Positions 1 through 11,447 of a stretch of 64,000 nt of DNA are shown here, in pieces; position 1 is the first letter of the stretch; every line of letters starts with the position of its first letter. This stretch comes from Ramazzottius varieornatus (lineage: Eukaryota > Animalia > Tardigrada): the NCBI GenBank assembly GCA_001949185.1, contig BDGG01000004.1, positions 4,311,777 to 4,375,776 of the forward strand. The letters are read 5' to 3'. Under the pieces are notes generated by a model. It did not search any database. It had not been told where the DNA came from and saw nothing but the letters and a program-made list of their open reading frames with translations. Position numbers and translations under genes: made by a program.

Positions 1-511
1 AGCTTAGTTGGAACGTTACTCGGATTTCTTACGCACTCAAGTAACGGCCCATATGCCTCACTCGGGAATTAAGCACCGAGCACATTAGTGGGTTCAGTCG
101 GTTCGGCTCCGCCCACGTGCTCCCTTTGGATTGGCTCATTCCTACGCTAATCCGATTTTCTGCTCTGCTCGAGCGCCGTATCAACCTCTGGACTACGGTC
201 GATCTGAATTGCGCATTAGTGCAGCTCACCGCAAAATTGCAAGCTCAAGTGCGCCGGTTGAACAGCTGTCAGCGTCAAGCCCGCATCGCCAATTTGCCCC
301 CGGACTACAGCGCATTCAGAGGCTGGCACATCGGGCTTATTTTCGCAGTCTGCCTCTTACGATTGCGTATCATTGATCGTTGATTTCATGAGCAGTTGAA
401 TTCGTAAAGCATCGCCGGAATTGAAGCCGAAGAGTTTTGAGTGACTTGGTGACACGTTCAGAATCCACCGCTAATCAGTGTTGTTCCACATTTTCATACT
501 GACATCTCAAT

Positions 512-2756
512 CATGGTCAAGAATCAGAACAAGGGAAAGCGTAAGGCCGACACGCAGAAGATGGGTAAGAAGCCTTTCACGAGCACGTCTCCGATACAAT
601 CCATCGTGGACTTGACCACATCCTCCGCGAATTGCGTTCCTCCACCGTCACCATCCGCTACCAGTTAGCTAAGCATTTCTGTTGAAGGTTGAAACATTTT
701 TTCCAGAAGTTCGCAGGGGGAAGGAAGAAGAACTCGGAATTTCTTCAAATATAACGAAGAAGGCGATCATTCACCAAACGGAGCTGTAGGCTGCTCGAAA
801 CAACTAACCGGCTGCTCTGCAGGAAATAACAGAGTTCATCTGCAGAATCATTCAGCAGCCTACAAGGGATACCTCGAACTGTTGGCAAAACAGAAAGTTG
901 AAAAAAAGAATTCCGTTTCGGGAGTTTCCTCCAGACAAGTAAAACCATCCAAGGTAAATTGATTGATCGACTAATTTGGCCACTCCGATCTGCAAAGTCT
1001 GATCATTATTTGCAGGCATGACAGTACACCACAAATTTGATCTTTATGTTCTGCGGTCTATTCATGACGCTGAATGGGGTCGAAAGCGGAAGTTTCCACT
1101 ACTTCCACGATTCATCATCTGGACTACTGAGCGCCATTACCGACACGCAAGACTGTACGCGGCTTCACACACTCAACTGAGGAGCGACTCTGAAGAACCA
1201 TTAAAGATCTGCTGAACAATGCCGGCCAAATCTGTCTCACTACTGGTAAGCTTAATGGTTTTTTTGGGGAATTCCAAATGTTGGATCTCCAATCTGTTTA
1301 CTCCTCGTAGATATCTGGACCAAAAAAGGTATGACAGAAACATTCTTAGGGATCACCGCATGCTTCCCCAACAGTAAGAGTCATGTCAGACATCACATCC
1401 CACTCAGCTGTGTGTCATTTCCGTCTAGCCACACGGCAGAAAACATCTGCGTGTTGTTCAAACAAGAACTGACCAACTGGGGCATCAACCTCGAGAACGT
1501 GTCGATCGTCCAGACCGACAGTGCTGCGAATATGGTGGTCGCGTTCAAGATGCATGACACGAACCTTGACCAGTATGTCACCGACGCGGATGAGCTCAAA
1601 GCAATCGACGAGGCTGTGTTGCAGTGCATGATGGACCAGGACAACCCACGGGAGGATTACGAGGAAGCGGCGAAAACAGTAGAGGCGTTCGAGAAGTTCG
1701 AGGTGGAAGCCGAGAGCTTGTTTGAAGAATAAAAGGGATATCCATGTTTCATACATACGTTGCAGCTTGTCGTAGAGCCGTTTAGGGATAGCGAGCCAAT
1801 CAAAGCAGTAGTGACGAAAGTACGCAGTTTTGTCACGAATTTCAATTTGTCGAGTATCGCATCACCCGAGCTGGTATCGCGCACGAACGTGAAGCTAATA
1901 ACGGAGAATAAGACTCGTTGGTCGAGCACTTTGATGATGAATGAGGGATTGGTCAGAGTGCAGACTGCAGTCGAGTCGATGATTGTGGTGGAGAAGATCG
2001 TGAAAGCCGATAACCTGACTGAAGGAGAATGGCGCGTTTTGAAAGGAGAGGTCAAGTTCCTCGGGAAGTTCAATCCGTTAAGAATTAGACTGGAAAATCT
2101 CAGTTTTTGGCGAATGAAGGAACAGGTGTCGAGCGCAGCTGTGCAGTGAGCATCAGAACACGACGACACGCACCTAGAAACAGCGGTTCCGTCACCGTTG
2201 AATGAATTCACTCAAACGCTGAATAACTACAAGACTGCTTGGTGTACGAGAACTTGCACTGCGTGCATTCAGCCGGTAAAGAGGCTGAACAAAGCAGTTG
2301 GTTTGAGCCAATCGCAGATTTATGCAGGAAGTGGAGAATTTCGAGCAACTCTAGTAAGAATCGCCTTTGATGCGAAAGGGCTGATCATACCACTATTTGG
2401 TAGCGCCGGACGAACCCGCGCAAGAATTGATCCGTGAACCCGGATAAGATGCCTCGGGCACTGCATGATCGATGTAGCACGACGGACGGACACTCCATAC
2501 GCTCATTAATATTGCGACTGTAATACCAGCTTGTACTATGTTGAAATTACAAAATGTCGTCCTAATGGTTCAATTAATTTGAATTGCCGTCGAAAGCTGG
2601 ATTCCGATTAATCGTAATCGTCAGTTCAGTAACGACGAACTACCGGCAATTCGAATCACGGCTACGCGAAGATTTCGATTAATCGTAATTGTAATCGGAC
2701 TGCGAAAGTCGTATCGAAACAACACTGGTTTCGCGTAATCGAGCTGTCAACCTCTG
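512..2756 (+). pseudogene. Degenerate hAT-superfamily transposase / element remnant
   Basis: hAT motifs: DIWTKKGMTETFLGITA, HTAENI, QTDSAANMV (ORF 1331-1732), then an in-frame TAA at 1730-1732, then CFIHTLQLVV (CxxH) and KTRWSSTLMM (ORF 1760-2149). Fragmented upstream exons from 512. Subterminal TAATCGTAAT repeats at ~2605-2740. Termini uncertain. Confidence 0.85.
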
Positions 2757-2941
2757 ACCGTGGATTCGCTTACCACGAAGCGATTTCCGTGCTGAGCAAG
2801 TCTAGGTTTCTTCATAGGTCTGTCGAAAAGTCAGTGTGCCGCAAATAGTGAAGCTTTCTAATATCGCAAACTCCGTTATGTAAGTGCGAGTTGACCGGGG
2901 TTGCAAAAACTTTTTATTCTCAATCGGTATCAAACCCCATA

Positions 2942-3281
2942 CTGTATTCTCTCTGGAAATGGATGTACGTCACTGATATCTGGTTCACTAGAGTGTTAGC
3001 GTAGCTGTTACACAAAGCCAGCATGGCGTCAGATCTTGACGTATTTACGAACAGCTTTAGTAGCCAATCACCGCAGTCGGACAAAATACTATTAGTCTGT
3101 GCGAGTCATTCACTGAACAGCTGATTTCATAACTGAACCAAGCAAAATGTGAACTCTCCGGATTGATTGAATCCTGTGGCGTCACAGCTGTTTCAATCGT
3201 ATGAGCTACCGCCTACCGACCATATCTGCAGTTTCACATTTTGAATTGAGTGACGTAGATCCATTTCCGGAGAGAATACAG
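2942..3281. mobile_element. Non-autonomous pogo/Tc2-like MITE
   Basis: ~33-bp TIRs: ctgtattctctctggaaatggatgtacgtcact and agtgacgtagatccatttccggagagaatacag. TA on both sides (2940-41, 3282-83). Confidence 0.85.
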
Positions 3282-3400
3282 TACGCCTGTCACGATGGAA
3301 GTACTGAAAACAACATCCGGAAGGGGCAAGGGGGCTCAGTGGTCAGAAGACCATGACCCGTCATCTTCCTCATTAGTTTTATCTTTTGTTTTTAACGCAT

Positions 3401-3437
3401 TCGCTCGGCCTGCCCAGTGGTCAGGACCACTAGCTAG
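3401..3437 (+). mobile_element. 3' end fragment of a Helentron-associated (HINE-like) element
   Basis: gctcggcct subTIR, agtggtc-ag-gaccact hairpin and terminal ctag; near-identical to 38450-38484. Confidence 0.6.
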
Positions 3438-3849
3438 TGATACAGGGATTCGTCGGTTGCAAGGCTGAGTGCCTTTCGTGGCTCGTTGGTTATTCTTGAG
3501 AGATACTCCATTGGATCTTCAACCGGCGAACAAATCCTCAATCTTAAGATGTCTCGTTGAATCTGCGCTGCTTGTTTGATATAGACGCGGTGCGATAGGA
3601 AAGAGAAGGTTCGATACTTTGAACAGACTACAATAATAATCCTCACCTCTTTAGTACGTCGCAGGCAGAGCCGCGTATTGAAGAATGTGCGAAGAGCTTC
3701 AAATTTGTTTCTGGAGACTTAAACAAAGGTGGAAAAAAGTCAGAGACGCCGTTCGACAGCACAGCCAGTTGTCACATGACTGCGCAACAGATTTGATCTA
3801 TATTGGAAGCATTTTCTGGAACCTGAACAGTGTGATTTTATTCATTATA

Positions 3850-3965
3850 CTGTATACTCTCCCGGAATTCACGTACGTCACTCCATTCAGAGTGTAAAAC
3901 TAGAGAAAGAGTTCTCATACGGTGACCATAACAGTGACGTACGTGAATTTCGGGAGAGCACACAG
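3850..3965. mobile_element. Short pogo/Tc2-like MITE related to 2942-3281
   Basis: TIRs ctgtatactctcccggaattcacgtacgtcact and agtgacgtacgtgaatttcgggagagcacacag. TA on the left, TG on the right. Confidence 0.75.
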
Positions 3966-4439
3966 TGATAGGAAATCGAATTCAAGAACTAAAATCGTTT
4001 TAATTGTGCGGGTTGGTGTTCGCTTGGTTGATTGATCCATTATAGGAAATCGAATTTTAATTTAATTGTTGAAATTCGTCAGCGATCACTGATTTTACTT
4101 ACAGGCAGCTGATCACGTAGACTTGACAATAGCACGTGACTTTTAATAATTTCAATTGCAAAGTAAAATAACACTGAACCTAAACCACCACGTCACTCAC
4201 CTTGTAGCCTCGGCTCATCCCAAACCCTAGTAAAGAACACAATGACAGAGGAAGCTAGAGATATCACAGAAGAGATCACGGGAAGACTCCCCGTATCACA
4301 AAGGAACACCTGTTACGTTTGAAGCAGTTGACTGAACCGGAAAAGTTGACTAAGGCTTCTGATAGCCATGACCTCACGTGTTGTGATCAGTCTTGATTGG
4401 ATGATTTGTCGTGTCTCCACGTTCGTGGCCGCAGTGGTA

Positions 4440-5543
4440 CTGTGAAATCTCGTTCAACTCGACGATAAAAATGCCCTACCCGTACATTTCTACCCAGGAC
4501 CATGGATAGTATTGACGGAGTACGTACGCAAAACCAGCTAATTGCTGGTTACACGGCTTACTCCCCATTCCGGGCAGCCTTTCTATGAGCAAGGCTAACG
4601 CAATATGCATTTTTACTGAAATTCTAGCTTCGAGTTGTGATTCTGTTGTCTTTGTTTGCGTTTGAATTTGGAGGATCTTCGAGGCAATTCTTCGCTTGCG
4701 GGTATGCGTACGATATCTTCAGTAACTTGCCATTTATTGTTGTGCTGAGCTGCAGAAGTTGGGGAGGTGAACAACTGATCCTATGTATCAGGAATTCACG
4801 GTGCTGCTGCGAGACAACTTCTCCGTGCATATATCGCAGCAAAGCGTCGAAAAGTTGGAAGCGAGGAATGTACATCAGACTGCAATACCACCTGGCATGA
4901 CCGGAAAATGGCAACTTCTTGACGTTGGCATAAATAAGTCGTTCAAAGAGGCGTTCAAGGAAGAATACAGACACTGGCGACGCAGTAATATTAGCTTCAC
5001 CAACTCTGGAAACCTAAGAAAGCTTGGTAGAAGTTCGTGAATTTTTTTCCATCGCCTGGGACAAGATCAAGCCGGATGCTATTGCGAACTCTGTCTACGC
5101 AGCCCAGACTCTTCGCAAGGACAATAATCACAAACACGTGGCTGTTGGAGAGACTGTCGAACAAGAAGATAATGTCTTGGACTGTAGTTTCTTCAACGAA
5201 GATTCTTTCTTAGCCCCTGCTGAAGAAAGCCAGCAAATAGAATTGAACGAAGAACTTTAGATGCACTTGCTTTGTGAAGTGGCGCACGCTTTCATTCAAT
5301 ATCCCCGCGAACGTGCGGCACTTGGATAGAACGATCCGGTCGAGTTATCCGAGCTTTCAGTTGTTGTATAATCGGTATGAATGACGTCAAGCTACGCTAT
5401 ACGGACATGTTTATAGAGTATGTGTAACCGACAATCAGCTGGTTCTACGTGCGTACGCCGTAAACACTATCCATGATCCTGGGTAGAAATGCGCGGTCTG
5501 GGCATTTCTATCGTCGAGTTGACTGTTGAACGGGATTTTACAG
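4440..5543 (+). mobile_element. Internally deleted pogo-family (DDE_1) DNA transposon
   Basis: ~80-bp imperfect TIRs (ctgtgaaatctcgttcaactcgacgat...tacccaggaccatggatagt and actatccatgatcctgggtag...gttgaacgggattttacag) with TA flanks. Internal frameshifted ORFs carry VLLRDNFSVH...IPPGMTGKWQLLDVGINKSFK, the DDE_1 signature. Confidence 0.9.
5277..5355. repeat. Palindromic hairpin family, copy 1 (degenerate, inside the pogo element)
   Basis: aagtggcgcacgctttc...gaacgtgcggcacttgg...gtcgagtt matches the core of copies 2-6. Confidence 0.6.
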
Positions 5544-6147
5544 TAAAGGATCGTGCTGTCTGGTTCACAGTCTGGAGCTCAAGCTTCCTCTGATGAGTTT
5601 GCGATTCAGAGTCCGCTAACTCCGCTTGGGTACTGTAATGCTTCGTAAACTAGGCAAACTGAGGTCATAGTGAGTGTGAAGTTTACGGGTATGTTGACGC
5701 ATACAGCATATGCTCACCGTAATGTCATGCGCCAAGTTCATGAAGCAGTACAGTATTTTTCTAGCTGCGCTGAAGAGCAGCAGTACTTCGCCGTGCACGA
5801 ACTCACTGTAGTGTCGAACGATCAATCACTCGTGATTCTCCAGCAGCATTCAAGCCAATCAATTTTGGTCGGCGAAGTATACTGCTGCTTTTCAGTGTCT
5901 AGCTGTCTTCGCGCCATTAACCTCGGAATCCTTGCCTCCTTCGGATCTATGCATTCTGGGGATTGATAGATAGCACTCGGAGTGAAGTGCCAGTACCTGT
6001 CGACGGAGTGTTTGCCATCAATGACAGCTGTCGGTCCAGAATTACAAAAATTTACAGCTGCAATGTTTACTCCGATGTTCGTCCTCTTCTCTCCCGACAT
6101 CTTCTGATTTCTAACAGCGGAAGGCTTCTACTGTCCTCGGCTCCACG

Positions 6148-8331
6148 ATGATACCTCGGCAGGACGGATTTGTTGTCTCCAACAGTATACTGCAGGCCGA
6201 TCCTGGGACAAACAGCTCCAATGGAGGAGTTCGTTTTGTGGGGCCGAAGTACGGCAATTTGGTTGATCTGGAACGCGTCGTTGACAAAACTCGTAAGTCA
6301 AATTCTTTCTCTTACTTCGTATTAAACTATAAGGCCTCGGTGTTACCTTTTATCCTCAAATGTATCTGTGCCTCTAGAAGCGGATAGTCTGCGAATGATG
6401 AGAATCGGCAGAAGGGATCGTCATAAGCTGCTGGTCTCTGCACAGGACTATTTCTACCGGTACCTTCTCGTTCCAACCCTCGCCAAAGTTTTCACCATCC
6501 AGACTATCACCACGATCCTCCTTCTTATCTTCTGGGAAAGAATTGGATATCTTCTAGACACCGTCTTTGTCCACCTCTATACCAAGACACAGAACTCTTT
6601 CTTCCATGATTTCGTTAACCATTTCAGTCTTTCATCATTGCGGAACGATCCATGGATTTTTCCCGGAGCCGTCTTTCTCTCCATGGCTGCTTCCTGGAGT
6701 TATCTACGCACGCTTAGAGTTCCCCCGCCTGTGGAACCGAACCGTTCACAAAAGATGCTCGAGTTCATGCGCGTGCTATCGTTGAATGGTCCGGCGGCGC
6801 TTGCTTGTGTTGCTGTCGCTTGTTCACGTCCAAAGATTCCGTTTCAGGGTGAGACGATAAATTCCGAAGATGAGCAAGGCCCAAGGCTTCTTTCTGCGAG
6901 TTCCGACGACAGTACTTACATCGAAGATATCTCTACTGCGTCTCAGGAATTCTTTAGGGAAATCGTCCTGAAAACCTTACTGGTACGAATATTTGAACTT
7001 TAGTCGATTTTCTGTTGAAATATATCTCGTTCTTGGAAATCAAATCTGAGTATTTTACTCTCGTTAAGGAAATCGATGTTTCCCTTGCAGCCCGTGGTGT
7101 ATTTGCTAGCGGTTTTGGCTTCCGCCAGTCTCGTGCACTTTTTCCTTGGAGACTTTTTCATCGGAACTCTGAAGTCCAGCCAGCAGGGACCGAAGGTGCT
7201 CGCGGTCCAGAACCCTGTAACTTGGGTCCGACAGAATATTTCCCGCTTCACTTTTCTTCTGAAAGATTTAACTGGGCCACTTCTCGTGCTTCCTAGCTTA
7301 AAGTTCTGGAAAGTCACGTTGGCACTCTTTTCTCTCCCCTTGCTGTTTCCGGTCGCAGAGTTATTTCGTGTCTGGCTTCAGTATCACTTTCTGGCTTTTG
7401 CTCTTATTCACGTTTGGAAGTTCGATCTCTCTTTGATACGCCAGTACTTCACTCGGCTTTTACCTTTCGGGGATATGAACGTCTTTGACAATCTAGCACT
7501 GCCACCGATACTGCTGGAACTGCGGAGGTCGGAATGGAAATGGAGCAACTACCTAGAGATGCAGCTCCGAGCTGACTTTCTGGAGCGTATGAAGCGGGAC
7601 CCGAACTTGTTCTCGGAGTTTCTTCGATCACGAATCGCCACGAAAGATTTGAAGATGGTGGGAGATTTCGTCAAGTTCTGGATCCAGCCGATACGCGAGT
7701 TCGCCGGGGATGTCCACAGCAGCCACTTCCTCCTTCCTCCGCCCGAAGAACCCCGAAGCCGTCGCTTGGTAAGATAGTAAGCTAAAAATTTGATGTTGTT
7801 ACTTTGAGGTTGATTGTCGCTCTTCTGCAGGATTTTCTTCTCTGGGTCGCAGAGCAGCTTCAGACTCTGCACGATTTCTACGCTCACGTTTCTCCTTCAT
7901 ACCTTCTCGACCAAGACTTCTCAGCGTACCCACTAGCTCTTTTGTTTCGCGGAGGTGCCAAAGCTCTCGATCACGTGCGTGGGGTCTCGACTTTCCTGTC
8001 TCGAGCCAGACCGGCAGATGAACGACATGTCCTCACGCACCACTATAACCAGATCGTGGAACAGCTGGCCGCGCTGTCCATAATTATGGAGAATGCACAG
8101 AGAAAGTACCAGGAGTTCTTCGACGCTCAAGACCTCCAACCAGCTGCCGACATGGAGCCATGCATCAGATTCTACATGAAGACCTTCCGCCAACTGGAAC
8201 ACGTCACTCGACTGCATCTCGCGGAAGCGGTGAAATTGATGGCCAATGATGTTAACGAGTTGCATTTCAGCGAATTTCCGGGTGTATTGCCTTACGTCGA
8301 AAGTTTGCTGCAGCAGAGTCGATATCGCTAG
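6148..8331 (+). CDS. Orphan ~642-aa protein with several hydrophobic, putative TM segments; 4 exons
   Basis: Exons 6148-6292, 6378-6982, 7091-7768 and 7831-8331 join in frame through canonical GT-AG introns (1929 nt). No family recognised. Confidence 0.7.
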
Positions 8332-9033
8332 CTAAGTTACCACACTCTTGTTGTTCAGTAGAAGTTATCTTATGCTGCCTACCATGTTATGTTTTGAAGT
8401 CAGATAGCCCCACTGTTTGGTTGACGAATATTGTAACCTCGTTTTCCAAAGTCTGATATCTCATATTCGTGTGTCTTGTCCCAGAACGATGTTTGTACTG
8501 AAAAATAGACTGTTCGGGATATCACGTTGCTCTCACACTAAACACGCCACGGACCTGTGGTGTCCTTGTCCTTAAGAACTTCCGGCGAAACCAGTGCTGT
8601 CTTCTTGTCTTCCTGTTCCTTCACGAGTTCTTGTGGACTTATGACATTGTAGACAAGCAAATAATCATGGCCATTGTGACGTCGATCCAGGCCAAACAAG
8701 AAGAAAAAATGCTGTTTGGAACCATCTTAGATTGTAAGCCAGATAACATAATAACATAAGCCAGATAATGTTACAGACAAAGGCATCATTCAGGTGCGCG
8801 CAGCTTACTGGTGTGTTTTTTTGCGTTTTGCTGGATTTATCCAGGGAAGTTCCGTCTTCAAGTCTGTCTTCTGGTCAAGTCTAGTTCTTGGTTTCATCAG
8901 TTCAGGTCTGCGTTATTGTAGAAAAAAAGGAAAAAGTTAGAGTTCCAAGCAGGACTCTGGATCTTCGGTCACTTCCGTGTTGTAATCGTCAGGTCTTCTT
9001 CCATCGACGCGGTGGACTCCAACAAAATCCAGC

Positions 9034-10429
9034 ATGTGTGCTCTTCCTGATCCCGGTACGATGAAGCACTTTAATTCTCCTCAAAGAATGACCATTGCTG
9101 AGTTCAGGCAAAGTCTAATGCTGACGCGATCTCTGGAGGACTTCGGATACGTGAAGCGCGATCTGATCGCTGAAGGTAACCTTCCAAATTTGAGCCGCTT
9201 ATGATGTCACGAATGCTTAATTGAGCGCAGCCGAGCAAGCCGTTGCGTAGCCCGAAACTGTGACGTCACGCTTCAGTTCGACGATTGATGGTTAGCTCGA
9301 ACCGAATTTTGTTTTTCGTTGGACCTTGTCTTGTTCGCAGGCGGATACGGGAAAGTCTACAAGGGCTGGGATTCAAAGTATAATCGTCATGTTGCTCTGA
9401 AGTATATGGACCATCAGGTGGACAAGGGGATATCTCAGGCTACTTTGCGGGAAGGTCAGTGTCCTTCTGGGATCGATGCCTTTACGAATCGATTGTCTTG
9501 AATCGTTGTTACCTTTGCAGTGACGCTCTTACGGTCAGCGGAAAATCACGAGAACATCGTCAAGGTTCTGGACTGCTGCCTCGTTTCCGACGCTACTGTT
9601 TTGGTTTTGGAGTACTGTGAGACGGATCTGTCGATGTTCATCAAGAAGTATCGAGATTTCGAGGTTATACAGACCGTCCTGACTTGTGCCCTCATCAAGG
9701 TAGGTTGACTTTGCTTGCGGTATTCTTTTGTCAGATTGAAACTGATGGGTTATATTCTTATGTTTTGCGCAGTCGATTATGCGGGACATTCTGACAGGAG
9801 CTGACTACTTGCATGCTCGTGGCATCTCTCATCGCGACCTGAAGCCTCGAAACATCCTCTTGAACTCAGCTCATCGCGCAAAGATTGCGGACTTCGGCTT
9901 AAGTAAGTTCATTACGTTTCCGGTTCGCCGTATGGCTGAGAACTTTGGCACTCGCTGGTACCGAGCTCCCGAGATCCTCCTGAGCTGGAAGACGACCAGC
10001 ATGCGAGTGGACATGTGGAGCATCGGGACTATCTTCGCCGAGTTGAAGGAACGTGTGGCCATCTTCCCCGGTCGCGATCATCAAGACCAGATCCACATTG
10101 TCTTCGCCACACTCGGTACTCCGACCCAAGAATCTTGGCCGGAAATCTTAAACCATAAGGAGTTCAAAGATCTGGACATTCCATACTATCCGAGCTACCG
10201 TCTGGACGTCAAGACTCCCCACATGACTACCGAAGAACGTGTTCTGCTTGGTCAGTTCCTGTCCTACTCGCCTTGCCGTCGTCCATCAGCGTCTGAGGCT
10301 CTGGAGTTCCCGTATTTCGCGCTGCCTCAAGTCCGAGGTCTTTCGCATGCCGGAGGTCTGACCAACCGTGCACCCAACCTGACTCCCGTCTACCCTGCGA
10401 AGAATGGGAACCTGAAGCAGCTGAACTGA
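9034..10429 (+). CDS. Divergent cyclin-dependent kinase (CMGC); 4 exons
   Basis: IAEGGYGKVYK, VALK, GISQATLRE (PSTAIRE position), HRDLKPRN, DFG, GTRWYRAPE, DMWSIG; GT-AG introns. Start could be 9034 or the in-frame 9061. Confidence 0.9.
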
Positions 10430-11447
10430 AGCAGCTAGTATTGCCATCATGGTTTTTTGGATTGACGTTCTAGTTTTATCACATTTTACCTTCTTTTAAC
10501 AAAGAACCTATCTTTCTTTAACCTGTCGACTGTGCAGTTTCACTTCTAGAAGAGAATTTCTTTTTAATCTTGACTGCTTGCGTGCTCCCTGCCTCTTAGC
10601 TTGTGGTCTTTTTTAACTTCCATCCTGATAGAAAAGAAATTTATCCTAGTTAGAGCATGCACGGTGGGAATGTTCTGGTGAATGGTGAAACCTTCCAGAA
10701 TGTTCAGTTTTCTTTGCCTCTTGAGAATCGATCTAGATTTCTTCTACAGTAATTTTACCGTGTTCCTCTTCTCCTTCAGAATGTGACGAGTTTGAACCTC
10801 GGACTGTTGCGAGCTAAATAAGGTTTGATTAACCATTGTCGTTCAATGCTGTTAGTGTCTCGTGCGGGAAGTCCTTCCTCACTTCCTGTCAATTCTTCCA
10901 CAATAGCGCAAGCGGTAAAACCTTGTTGTTCAACGCTGCGCCACATCAAACAATCACTCCCGTAAACTGTTTCATGACGTCATTCTGCTGAATCTAACGC
11001 TCATGCTTAAGCCGTGTGGCGCAAGTTTGTGTAAGGGTTATCGATTATTTTTCAGAAGTGTGCCATTTTGATGCCTGTCCTCAGTGTTCTGCGAACTGGA
11101 TTTTGCTTACTGTCGGAATTTGGCCTTCTCGAAGACTTTTTGGGAGACGACTATCGAACAGAGGTACGTTCTGTGTGATGTTAATAAGTTGAGAAGTGGT
11201 GTGGAGTGTGGACGAAGGCTGGAAGGCCCTACAACCTGTCGTCTTCGTGGCGTGATGCTTCGCCCCTTCGAGCCTGGAATCAGATGATGATCACAAGACC
11301 TGCATTAGTGGACATCCTGCTAGCTTCCTGTTTAGCTCCACGTTTTTAGGGGATTGTACGGGTGGGCGTAAGCCGCAGCATTACTGTTTTCTTCTTTGTT
11401 GCAGAGTATTCACTGATTGAGTTCTCCACGATTGGAAAGGCCTCACC

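Noticed and set aside
1730-1732. In-frame TAA in the hAT transposase as possible readthrough or recoding
   Set aside because: The rest of the element is also truncated and frameshifted, and intact genes here use TAA as a normal stop.
476-2727. cagtgttgttcc / gaaacaacactg as TIRs of the hAT element
   Set aside because: The flanking 8-mers (ccgctaat versus gtttcgcg) do not form a TSD.
5616-6151. Overlapping 60-100 aa ORFs upstream of the orphan gene
   Set aside because: No motifs or splice link to the 6148 gene; expected by chance.
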